Positions 50,653 to 59,031 of a stretch of 64,000 nt of DNA are shown here, in pieces. A program made the translations under genes and the position numbers. This DNA comes from Candidatus Aenigmatarchaeota archaeon (lineage in GTDB: Archaea > Aenigmatarchaeota > Aenigmatarchaeia > QMZP01 > QMZT01): positions 96,001 through 160,000 of the forward strand of contig JAPLVC010000001.1 in the NCBI GenBank assembly GCA_026397315.1, read 5' to 3'. Position 1 is the first letter of the stretch; each line of letters starts with the position of its first letter. Under the pieces are notes generated by a model. It did no database searches and was not told where the DNA came from. It worked only from the letters and a program-made list of their open reading frames with translations.

Positions 50653-51574
50653 AAGGCTCTATTTCAACGCCGCCCACACCAGGAAGTTCATGCAGACCCT
50701 CATGGTCGCGGCGGAATGCAAGAAGATACGCGAGCAGGGCGTAACCACGACGATTCGTGACCTTTATTACGCGCTGAAACGCACCATACCAGGCACGCGC
50801 GAGAACACGTTCGAGGAGCAGGACGAGAGCGACCCGGTCATCGAAGATCTCGAAGCGATGCTCAACTCCCTCCGCGAGAATCTTAACCTGAAAGCCGACC
50901 GCAAGGGCTACATGGCAGGCAACGTCATGCTTAATGACATGGGCGACAGGATAAACTGCGCCAAGATGGGCAGCTCCGGATGGGCGATACCCAGCAACGT
51001 CGAAAACGACATAATAAAGTTCGAGGACGTCAAGGCCGACTACGTGCTGGTCATAGAGAAGGACGCCGTCTGGCAGCGTTTGAATGAAGACAAGTTCTGG
51101 AAGAAACATAATTGTCTTATAATCACGGGTAAAGGGCAGCCTGCGAGGGGCACGCGCCGCCTCATAAACCGCCTCCACCACGAGCACAAGCTGCCCGTCT
51201 ACGTGATGTGCGACGCAGACTGCTACGGATATTATATTTACTCGGTAATCAAGCAGGGCTCGATCAACCTTTCCTTCCTTTCCGACAGGCTGGGCACGCC
51301 TGACGCCAAATACATCGGGCTGACGACACTGGACGTCGAGAAGTTCTCCATCCCTCATAACGTGACCATAAAAATGACGAATCTCGATGTCAAGCGCACG
51401 AAAGAGCTGATGCAGTATGTCTGGTTCAAACCAAAGGAGTGGCAGAAGGAGCTGAAGAACATGCTGCATTTCAACCACAAGCTGGAGCTTGAAGCGCTGT
51501 CGTCGAAGGGGATAAAGTTCATCTCGGAGAAATACCTGCCGGAGAAGATAAAACAGGAAGACTTCCTGCCTTAA
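50453..51574 (+). CDS. top6A: DNA topoisomerase VI subunit A
   Basis: IRDLYY catalytic Tyr, VIEKDA, GKGQP, DADCYG TOPRIM motif; SD GGAGG. Confidence 0.97.
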   Translation: MEKTREKESKETSEAIEARKLHDLGKDVLNQIEKKESPKIEFPVRSLSNIYFDEKNGLIQLGDKKSERLYFNAAHTRKFMQTLMVAAECKKIREQGVTTTIRDLYYALKRTIPGTRENTFEEQDESDPVIEDLEAMLNSLRENLNLKADRKGYMAGNVMLNDMGDRINCAKMGSSGWAIPSNVENDIIKFEDVKADYVLVIEKDAVWQRLNEDKFWKKHNCLIITGKGQPARGTRRLINRLHHEHKLPVYVMCDADCYGYYIYSVIKQGSINLSFLSDRLGTPDAKYIGLTTLDVEKFSIPHNVTIKMTNLDVKRTKELMQYVWFKPKEWQKELKNMLHFNHKLELEALSSKGIKFISEKYLPEKIKQEDFLP

Positions 51575-52017
51575 CGGTTTTTGTAATATTTCGGGCCGCC
51601 GCTGTTGGTGCCTTTTTCGAGAATTTCGAGATTATTTTCAATGTCACTCTCGCGTCTAATACGTTTCATGCTATCCGTATTCATGAGCCTTTCGTGCTGC
51701 ATTTTTTTCATTTTTCCCGTTATTCCACTGTAAGCGCCTTTTAAGCCGCACCATGCACCATACGCAACAATAGCACTCAGCGCTAAAAGCGCTCCTTTAC
51801 CCACAATATCGCTCGCCTCTTCGCTAAGCGGCGGGATCAGAGGCTTGAAGTTCGGGTTCTCGGGTAGGCCCACAAGCTTTTTTGTCTGCTGGAGCTGCGC
51901 TTCTTTGACTCTGCGAGCTTGGCCTATATAGTCAGCTATTGTACCCACATTGTAGCTTTTGAAATAAGCGTCTATGCCACTGCCGTTCAAAACAACAGGA
52001 TAATTTGATAGACTCAT
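51571..52017 (-). CDS. orphan single-TM hypothetical protein
   Basis: 148-aa ORF with one hydrophobic helix; SD GAGTGA and TATA box upstream. Confidence 0.6.
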   Translation of the reverse strand: MSLSNYPVVLNGSGIDAYFKSYNVGTIADYIGQARRVKEAQLQQTKKLVGLPENPNFKPLIPPLSEEASDIVGKGALLALSAIVAYGAWCGLKGAYSGITGKMKKMQHERLMNTDSMKRIRRESDIENNLEILEKGTNSGGPKYYKNR

Positions 52018-52143
52018 ACAATCACTCGATTTTAAGTGATTTGTTTTATAGGTTTATAAATGTTACTTAATAGTGGTGAAGCTTTTTCTAATTTAAACGG
52101 GGCAGAACCTTTTTATTGCTGGTGCGGTTTAATTGATACTATT

Positions 52144-52247
52144 GTCCCGGTAGCTCAGCTGGCAGAGCGTTCGGCTGTTAACCGAAAGGTCGCACATGAG
52201 CTGGGGAACCATCTCGTGGACTAAAGGTTCGAATCCTGCCCGGGACG
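52144..52247 (+). tRNA. tRNA-Asn(GTT) with 31-nt intron in the T-stem (50/51; 52194-52224)
   Basis: Acceptor GTCCCGG/CCGGGAC; anticodon arm TTCGG-CTGTTAA-CCGAA; splicing restores GCAGG-TTCGAAT-CCTGC; BHB-like GGTC/GACT helix with GCA and AAA bulges. Confidence 0.93.
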
Positions 52248-52254
52248 TTAAAAA

Positions 52255-52274
52255 TGAGGGCTAACGCACCCTCA
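52255..52274 (+). terminator. hairpin plus T-rich tract after tRNA-Asn
   Basis: TGAGGG/CCCTCA stem followed by ATTTATTTTT. Confidence 0.45.
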
Positions 52275-52332
52275 ATTTATTTTTGTTAGAAATAGTTACA
52301 ACCAAATATAAAATTTTCAAGAAGTTTGGCTA

Positions 52333-52349
52333 TTGTCCACCTAGGACAA
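52333..52349. promoter_or_regulatory. palindromic operator-like site TTGTCC-N5-GGACAA
   Basis: Perfect 6+6 inverted repeat just upstream of BRE/TATA-like CAGAAAGGTTTAAAA. Confidence 0.4.
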
Positions 52350-52426
52350 ACATCACAGAAAGGTTTAAAATGATAAAACCTGATGTTAGTAATAACCTTT
52401 TTGAATCTTATACCCAATAAAAGACC

Positions 52427-52705
52427 ATGGAGCTTTTCGACGTGGTCGACAGGCACTGCAACATCCGCCTTCTCAAGACCAACTGCAACTTCAGGTTATG
52501 CGAGAAGCCGCCTGAGAAGGAAATGCTTATTTTCGAGATGACCATGAACACGGCCAAGAAGAAGGACATAATCTCCCTTTACCTCTGCCGCGAGCACTAC
52601 AATGAGATGGAAAAGGCACTTGAGAGCGTTATCGGCAGGTTCAGGAACGGCCGCGTCTACAGGATAAAGCAGATGGACGATAAGATAAACGTGGTTAGAT
52701 ATTGA
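52427..52705 (+). CDS. small putative zinc-binding protein
   Basis: CNFRLC and LCREH motifs; host-like codon usage. Confidence 0.6.
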   Translation: MELFDVVDRHCNIRLLKTNCNFRLCEKPPEKEMLIFEMTMNTAKKKDIISLYLCREHYNEMEKALESVIGRFRNGRVYRIKQMDDKINVVRY

Positions 52706-52730
52706 TTAAATAACAACACAAATTATTTTT

Positions 52731-53513
52731 ATGGGCTCTATTGTCACCTTAAATGATGTACTGAAAATCTACAAATCACAAAAAGCAGGCGAGATAGCTC
52801 TGAAGCCTTACAATAAATGGTTTCCTTTAAAGCCCTCACCGGAGCTAGCAGGCGTAGTTGCAGATTTGATATGTGACGGTCATCTTCAGGGCAATCCAAA
52901 ATGGAGAATAGATTTTACCTTCAAAATAAACGAAGAAAAGCTGAGATTCGAAAGGAAAATTGAAAAAATATTTGGTGTTAAAGGAAAAGCGAGGCCTTGT
53001 TATTCCAATATGTGGGGAGAAAGTTACAATTACGGTGTGAATTGCAAACCTCTGGCTAAAACTCTTTTTCTATGCGGAGTTCCCAGCGGCAACAAGGTGC
53101 TGGGAAATTTCGCTTTTCCTAAATGGATTCTTGAAAATAAAAATTATTTCAAAGAATTCACGAAAAGATTTTATAATTGCGAGGGCACTTGCTGGGGAGG
53201 TAAAAGCCCGGGCATAGGCTTTGAGATGTGGAAAGAAACTGGTAAAATCGACAATTTAAAAGAATTTCTGGAAGTCATAAGATGTGGCCTGAAAAAATTT
53301 TTCGATATAAAAACGACGGAAATTTTCACGACAAGTTCCGTGCATAACAGAAAGGATGGCTATGTGACAAGGCCTCTGAGGTTTTATATAAAAAGAAAAG
53401 AGTCTATATTTAAATTCTATAGAGATATAGGATTTGAATACGAAAAACAAAATAAATTGAAAAACATAATAGAAAATTGGGGCAGAACCTCTGTGGGAAC
53501 TGAAGTGCCATAA
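52731..53513 (+). mobile_element. free-standing two-motif LAGLIDADG homing endonuclease-like gene
   Basis: LAGVVADLICDG and FTKRFYNCEG helices, GVPSGNK..FPKWI, FYRDIGF; AT-rich; no intein splicing motifs. Confidence 0.85.
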
Positions 53514-53620
53514 CAGTAGCTCAGCCCGGGAGAGCGCTCGTATGTAGCGGGAATAATGAATCCCGCTTCATGGCGAAGCTGAAGACCGATAGGTCGTGGG
53601 TTCAAATCCCACCTGTCCCA
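53495..53620 (+). tRNA. tRNA-Phe(GAA) with two BHB introns: 4/5 (53499-53513) and 30/31 (53541-53577)
   Basis: Splicing gives GGGACAG/CTGTCCC acceptor, GCTC/GAGC D-stem, CTCGG-CTGAAGA-CCGAT anticodon arm and GTGGG-TTCAAAT-CCCAC T-arm; BHBs GTGG/CCAT (bulges GAA, AAC) and CGCT/GGCG (bulges CGT, AAG). Confidence 0.9.
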
Positions 53621-53656
53621 TATTTTATTTTTATTCTTTCCATCGAATCATTCTCT

Positions 53657-54730
53657 ATGAAAAAGATCGCCGAAGGCAAAGCAAAACTTTACGTTCCAGA
53701 CGAATCGCTGACGAAGGACTCGGAAACTTTCTACAACTCGGCCATGGAGCATCAGCGTAACGTGACGATCGCTTGCGTGCGGCTTGCTGGCTCGAAGGAC
53801 GCGCTGGATCCGCTAGCGGCGACCGGCGTGCGCGGCATCCGCCTGTTAAAGGAAGCAGGCGTCGCCAAAGTCGTGCTCAACGACGTCAGCCCCGCAGCCA
53901 TAAAACTCGTGCGCAGGAATCTCGTGCTCAACAAGATAAAAAAGTCATCTTATGAAATCTCCAGGAAGGACGCGAACGAGCTTTTCCTCGAAAAAAGGCG
54001 CTACAACTTCGTCGACATAGACCCTTTCGGCTCGCCCATCAAGTTCCTGAGAAGCGTCTCTTATGCACTCAGGAAGGACTCGCTGCTGGGCGTGACCGCT
54101 ACTGATTCCGGCGCGCTCGCAGGCAAGTTCGCCGACGCCTGCTTCAGGCGCTACGGCGTTTTCGTGTGCGCCACGGACTTCCCGAAAGAGCTGGGCGTGC
54201 GCGTGCTCATCACTTCGATTCTCAAAAACCTCGCGACGCACGAGATGACTTTCGAGCCGCTGTATTCGCATGCGAACCACTATTTCCGCGTTATCGGACG
54301 CGTCTCGTACGGGCCGGACAAGAACGTCTCCAAAATAAAAATGGTCTCGTACTGCCCGCAGTGCCATAACAGGAAAATCGGTGTCGAGAGCGTATGCGAT
54401 AACTGCAAAGGCGAAATGAAACATATCGGTCCCATATGGACGGGAAAAATCCATGACAGCGAATTTTGTAAAAAGCTGCTGGAAAATTTCGAATTCTCCG
54501 GGAAAAGGGAGATAGAGCTTTCCGCGGCAGAGATAGACCATCCGTTCTATTACGACCTCCACATGCTGGCCCAGTCACTCAAGACCAGCCCTCCGCGCAT
54601 GGAAAAGCTCATCGAAAAGCTGAGAGCGAAAGGCTTCGAGGCGTCGAGAACGCACTTGGAACTCAGGGCCGTAAAAACTAATGCGGGCATAAAAGCAATA
54701 TCAGTCTTGATAGCGGCCGGTAAGAAGTGA
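53657..54730 (+). CDS. trm1: tRNA (guanine26-N2)-dimethyltransferase
   Basis: FYNSAM..R, LAATGVRGIR, VDIDPFGSP, VTATD, GPIWTG; start at MKKIAEG. Confidence 0.95.
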   Translation: MKKIAEGKAKLYVPDESLTKDSETFYNSAMEHQRNVTIACVRLAGSKDALDPLAATGVRGIRLLKEAGVAKVVLNDVSPAAIKLVRRNLVLNKIKKSSYEISRKDANELFLEKRRYNFVDIDPFGSPIKFLRSVSYALRKDSLLGVTATDSGALAGKFADACFRRYGVFVCATDFPKELGVRVLITSILKNLATHEMTFEPLYSHANHYFRVIGRVSYGPDKNVSKIKMVSYCPQCHNRKIGVESVCDNCKGEMKHIGPIWTGKIHDSEFCKKLLENFEFSGKREIELSAAEIDHPFYYDLHMLAQSLKTSPPRMEKLIEKLRAKGFEASRTHLELRAVKTNAGIKAISVLIAAGKK

Positions 54731-55120
54731 TATTTTATCCTTTTGTTGTCTCGTGAATTCTCTTTCAAGTATCGCATTGAATCTCTGCGCGTCCCATATG
54801 TTTATGTTGCGGTAAACTCCCAGCACGCACACGTCGTGCGGTTTCAGTTCAGCTTCTTCTATCATATCAACTGGTATCTTTATCGAGCCGTCACAAATTT
54901 CCACGGACCTGTTGCTTTCAGAAAGTCTTTCCGGATTGGCCTGGACGTGTTTTTTGTCCCAACCACGTCTCACTAGCTGAAGGTATAGCTCTTTGATTCC
55001 ATGATTCTGGAGCAAGTACTGAAGTTTTGGGGAAAGGGTGAGAGTGAGGCCGTCAAAATCGCTTCCCTCGGTGTAGTTTCCCCGGAAAATATAGTTACAG
55101 CATTTTAGCATGAAAATCAC
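54701..55120 (-). CDS. divergent MraZ-like (SpoVT/AbrB-fold) protein
   Basis: FRGNY N-terminus and VEICDGSIKIP..AEL..VCVLGV..INIWD resemble the MraZ repeats. Confidence 0.55.
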   Translation of the reverse strand: MIFMLKCCNYIFRGNYTEGSDFDGLTLTLSPKLQYLLQNHGIKELYLQLVRRGWDKKHVQANPERLSESNRSVEICDGSIKIPVDMIEEAELKPHDVCVLGVYRNINIWDAQRFNAILEREFTRQQKDKISLLTGRYQD

Positions 55121-55157
55121 GTTAAAAGGAAATCGCAGTAAATTTTAAAAAGCGAGT

Positions 55158-56108
55158 CTACTCCACGAGCTCTTCTTCTTCCTTGACCTTTTCCTCGACC
55201 TCGTCTTTTATGCCAAGGCGCTCGACTATCTCCTTGTAACGATTTCGAATGGTCACTTCGGTCACGCCTATCGCGTCCGCGACTTCGCGCTGCGTCTTTT
55301 TCTTGCCTTCGAGAACAGCTGCAATGTAAAGTGCCGCAGCCGCGACGCCTATCGGTCCCTTTCCGCTGGTCACGTCGTAGCGCATCGCTTCGTCAAGGAC
55401 CTTGACAGCCTTGACCTGGATTTTCTCGTCCAGACCAAGCAGCGAGCCGAATCTCGGGATGTAATCCTGCGGCTTTGCCGGCAGTATGCGGATGTCAAGC
55501 TTCCTGGAAATATAACGGTAGGTCTTGCCTATGTCCCTCTTGGCGATGCCTGAAGCCTTCGAAATCTCGTCCAACGTCCTCGGCGCGCCCTCTTCACGGC
55601 AAGTCGTGTATAGTAACGCCGCGATTATCGATTCGGTCGAGCGGCCGCGCACCAATCCCTTTTCGACGGCCTTTTCGTAAAGCTTGGCCACTTTCTCGTG
55701 GACGGCCTGGGACAAATTCAAGTATGAAATGAGCCTCTGCAACTCTGAGAATGCGAACGAGAGATTACGATCCTTCGACTTTATCAGTCTCTTGTGCCAT
55801 TTGGAAAGCCTGTAATACTGCGCACGCTTTTTCGCAGCGACCTTGAACAACTCGCCTCGTCCCTTGCCTATCTCAGTCGTCAGCCCCTGATCGTGTTTCG
55901 TCACTGTAAGTGGCGCACCGGTTCTCACGCGTCGCGAGCGCTGGCTGTCGTCGAACGCTCTCCATTCCTGCGTCGTGTCGATCATTGAAGAATTAATAAC
56001 AAGGCCGCAGCTGCCGCATGTCATCTCGCCGCGCGAAGAATCATAACGTAAATTAGTGGATTTGCACTCAGGACACTTTTGCTTTTTCTCATCAGTTTTT
56101 GGGCACAT
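55158..56108 (-). CDS. tfb: transcription initiation factor IIB
   Basis: CPEC..CGSCG zinc ribbon, EWRAF, RTGAP, GLVRGRS, VTEVTIRNRYKE. Confidence 0.97.
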   Translation of the reverse strand: MCPKTDEKKQKCPECKSTNLRYDSSRGEMTCGSCGLVINSSMIDTTQEWRAFDDSQRSRRVRTGAPLTVTKHDQGLTTEIGKGRGELFKVAAKKRAQYYRLSKWHKRLIKSKDRNLSFAFSELQRLISYLNLSQAVHEKVAKLYEKAVEKGLVRGRSTESIIAALLYTTCREEGAPRTLDEISKASGIAKRDIGKTYRYISRKLDIRILPAKPQDYIPRFGSLLGLDEKIQVKAVKVLDEAMRYDVTSGKGPIGVAAAALYIAAVLEGKKKTQREVADAIGVTEVTIRNRYKEIVERLGIKDEVEEKVKEEEELVE

Positions 56109-56323
56109 GTTACTCCCTTTAAGTGATTATAGCGAGATAAACGTTAATATATCTTATAGTTTACTCATTTATAAAGATTTGTATGGTTCAGTGTATACTA
56201 CTCCATGGCTTTCTGTTTGCATGATATCGGTTTTGCGTGTTACGCCTCAGGAGTGTCTTATTATTAGTCAAAGTATTTATAAGCGCAGGTTAATATTACT
56301 AAATTAAGTTTTGAGGTCTCTTT

Positions 56324-56713
56324 ATGAGCGAAAGGGTAGCAACAGTGAAAGACTTGAAGCCAGGTTCGTATGTCATGATAGATGACGAGCCCTGCAGAGT
56401 TCTTAAGATATCCACATCAAAACCGGGCAAGCACGGCGCTACGAAGGCGCGAGTCGAGGCGGTCGGTGTGTTCGACGAGAAGAAGCGCACGCTGATGAAG
56501 CCCACGTCCGCTGGATGCAACGTGCCGATAATCCTCAAGAAGGGAGCGCAGGTCATTTCCATATCAGGCAACATGGCCCAGCTCATGAACCTCGAGGATT
56601 ACTCGATGTTCGACTGCGAGATTCCTGCGGATCTTAAGGACAATGTCCAGCCAGGCAAAGAAGTGGAATACTGGGAAATAGGCGACAGAAAAGTTATAAA
56701 ACAGGCCAGATAA
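56324..56713 (+). CDS. eif5a: translation factor aIF5A
   Basis: SKPGKHGATKAR hypusine loop. Confidence 0.97.
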   Translation: MSERVATVKDLKPGSYVMIDDEPCRVLKISTSKPGKHGATKARVEAVGVFDEKKRTLMKPTSAGCNVPIILKKGAQVISISGNMAQLMNLEDYSMFDCEIPADLKDNVQPGKEVEYWEIGDRKVIKQAR

Positions 56714-56831
56714 GGCGGAATGCCTGCAATTTTTCCCTTGTTTATTTGTAATATTATTGTTTTGCCCGTTCGTCAAGTTTAAACAAAAGTCTTATATACC
56801 CTTCGTTTTTTAATAATATCAGGTGATTTGT

Positions 56832-56906
56832 TTGCTGCTTGAAGATGAAGGCGATGAGCCGGGTGTTGGAGACGACGAAGAGACGGAAGAAGAGGAGGAT
56901 CTCTAA
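56832..56906 (+). CDS. 24-aa highly acidic peptide (not in ORF track)
   Basis: TTG start, (M)LLEDEGDEPGVGDDEETEEEEDL*; TATA box CTTATATA 56791; SD AGGTGA 56821. Confidence 0.45.
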   Translation: MLLEDEGDEPGVGDDEETEEEEDL

Positions 56907-56913
56907 TACCTAA

Positions 56914-58659
56914 TTAATTTTTCTTATTTTTTATAATATTGCTAGTCTTGTAATCGCCCAGTTTTTCCCTGATTCTCACAATTTTACACACAATGCCATC
57001 TTCAGCCAGAAGCTTCGCTAGCGCTTTCTCGTCAGCCTTCTGGTCATGGCCCAGCGCTATGATATCCGGCATAGCCCACATTATCGTTTTTAAATAACTG
57101 CTTTCTTCTTTGCCCAAAAATGCACCGTCAACATAAGATATTTCTTCCATGACGGCCAATCGTTGCTTTTCCTCGTTAATAGGTAATCTTCCCTTAAAAT
57201 TTTTTGCAGTTTGATCTCTGGCTATTATGACTATCAACAAATCTCCCAATAATTTGGCGGATTTAAGCAAATGTAAATGTCCTGGATGTACTATATCAAA
57301 AACTCCTCCAGTAAGAACAACCTTGAATTTCATCCTACCTTTCTCATTTAGTGAATATTTTCCTGGGAGAAAACCAATTAATGACGATCTTCCTCGACTG
57401 CCTAAAAAAACTCTATCGCTCATCTTATTTACAAGACCTTCACGTAGGAGTTTGCTAACTATCCTTGCCGTTCTAGTATATGTTCTTTGACATTTTAAAG
57501 ATAATTCGGGTATTGTGAAAAAACCATATCTGAGTTCTAAAAGGTATGCTTTTTTTAAAAATTCAACAGAAGCTTTACTGTTAGGAAATTGATATTGTTG
57601 ATAGGAAGATAAAGCAACTTTTAATTTTTCCTTTTTATATTTCAAATCAGAACCAATTTTGGTTTCAAATTTAATAAGCTCACTTCTGTTGTCTATGTTT
57701 ATTTGCCAAACGCTAGAATCTGATTTGATTCCTTTGAACTTGGGTCCCACATATTCTATTCCGACTTTATCCAAAAGTTTGCAATCGCCCAACAGCAGAG
57801 GGGGTGGGGTTTTTTTGTCCCTGTTTACCAATCTTAATACAATTGACCGATGTTTCTTTTTTTGATTAAAATAAACAGAACCATCATCGTCAAAACATCT
57901 TCTAATAAAAGTCGTCAAAAATTTTTCATCGTTACCGAAAACAAAATTCGGAATATTCTGTTTATGTTTTTTCAAGTCCCTTTTAAACAAGCAAAGTGTT
58001 ACTAATGCAATAATCGCAGGTAATTTTATTGTATGGTTTGTTAAACTTTTATTCCAACCACCTTTAGGTTCTTCGATTTGACCAAAAATATTAAAAGCAG
58101 CATCCAAGAAGCTTTTTCTCATTAGAAATGCCTCTTTTTCATCACTTGCTTTTTTCTTCGTGTAGGCTGTGAAATTTTCATTTAAAAAGCCATCATGCAT
58201 GATTGAAGAGATATATAGAGCGCCATTATTTGTATTGAAATTGAAAGGTAGTTTGGGATTCAAAATGCTTTTCCTATAAGTTCCTTTGGGTGTTGTTAAT
58301 TCAAGAATATCTTGGTTCTTGATCAATTTAAAATTGTTAATATAATAAAGTATTTTTATCAAAAGAGACAATTTAATAAACTTTCCTTTATCTAGATTGT
58401 ATAAGGCAGGGCAGTATCTTTGTCTTATCTTCTCTCCCAAAAACCTGCCAAACTCTGTCAGATTTTTAAAACCTCCCGTTTTTAAGGATAGAAAAATTAG
58501 CTCACGCCCCTTTTTTTCTGTTAATCTTAAGCTGGTTGAAGGGTGCAAATTCCACAAAAATACAATTCCGGTATTTGGTGGTTTATTGAAAAAATCTTGA
58601 GATAACAATTTTTCATTGAAATTCTCAAACGCTTCTTTTAAAAAATCAATTTCAACCAT
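56914..58659 (-). CDS. ribL: LAGLIDADG + wHTH protein fused in frame to FAD synthase RibL
   Basis: YISSIMHDG and FIRRCFDDDG helices; C-terminal 139 aa (ATG 57333) with GGVFDIVHPGH, ARD, PDIIALGHDQ, KTSNI. Confidence 0.85.
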   Translation of the reverse strand: MVEIDFLKEAFENFNEKLLSQDFFNKPPNTGIVFLWNLHPSTSLRLTEKKGRELIFLSLKTGGFKNLTEFGRFLGEKIRQRYCPALYNLDKGKFIKLSLLIKILYYINNFKLIKNQDILELTTPKGTYRKSILNPKLPFNFNTNNGALYISSIMHDGFLNENFTAYTKKKASDEKEAFLMRKSFLDAAFNIFGQIEEPKGGWNKSLTNHTIKLPAIIALVTLCLFKRDLKKHKQNIPNFVFGNDEKFLTTFIRRCFDDDGSVYFNQKKKHRSIVLRLVNRDKKTPPPLLLGDCKLLDKVGIEYVGPKFKGIKSDSSVWQINIDNRSELIKFETKIGSDLKYKKEKLKVALSSYQQYQFPNSKASVEFLKKAYLLELRYGFFTIPELSLKCQRTYTRTARIVSKLLREGLVNKMSDRVFLGSRGRSSLIGFLPGKYSLNEKGRMKFKVVLTGGVFDIVHPGHLHLLKSAKLLGDLLIVIIARDQTAKNFKGRLPINEEKQRLAVMEEISYVDGAFLGKEESSYLKTIMWAMPDIIALGHDQKADEKALAKLLAEDGIVCKIVRIREKLGDYKTSNIIKNKKN

Positions 58660-58742
58660 ATATAATATTATATTGAATTTAGATATTTAAAACTTGGCAA
58701 GCAAATATTATCAAGTAATAATTTATAATGGTGGTAGATGAG

Positions 58743-58919
58743 TTACTTCTTAAGGCTCATCGCATCGACGGGGCAGAAGTTCACGCAGGCAGCGCAGTTC
58801 ACGCATCTCTTCGCGTCGCATTCTATGCCGTGCTCAGTGAGGTCCAGCGCGAGCTTCGGGCAGACCGCCACGCATCCGCCGCATCGAAGGCACTTGTTCT
58901 TGTCCGTTAACGCAACCAT
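58743..58919 (-). CDS. 2[4Fe-4S] ferredoxin
   Basis: CLRCGGCVAVCP and CVNCAACVNFCP. Confidence 0.95.
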   Translation of the reverse strand: MVALTDKNKCLRCGGCVAVCPKLALDLTEHGIECDAKRCVNCAACVNFCPVDAMSLKK

Positions 58920-59031
58920 AAACATCACCCATTTAGACAGAAGCAGATGCAATCTGCTTCATTCGCTTAATAGGTTATTTTTTAAACTGCGAGCTTAAAT
59001 ATTTGAAATAACCAGTGCAAAAGGTGACGTC

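Noticed and set aside
52733-53513. LAGLIDADG ORF as one large tRNA intron with 5' exon GGGC at 52733 (ATGG/CCAT helix)
   Set aside because: It would give a C4-U69 mismatch in the acceptor stem, whereas the local GGGA exon at 53495 gives a perfect stem and BHB. Kept only as a possible ancestral junction.
53570-53656. N-terminal extension of Trm1 in the ORF track
   Set aside because: It overlaps tRNA-Phe; the real start is ATG 53657.
56914-58659. Intein in RibL
   Set aside because: There is no N-extein, and no Hint N-terminal or HN-C/S/T C-terminal splicing motifs are visible.
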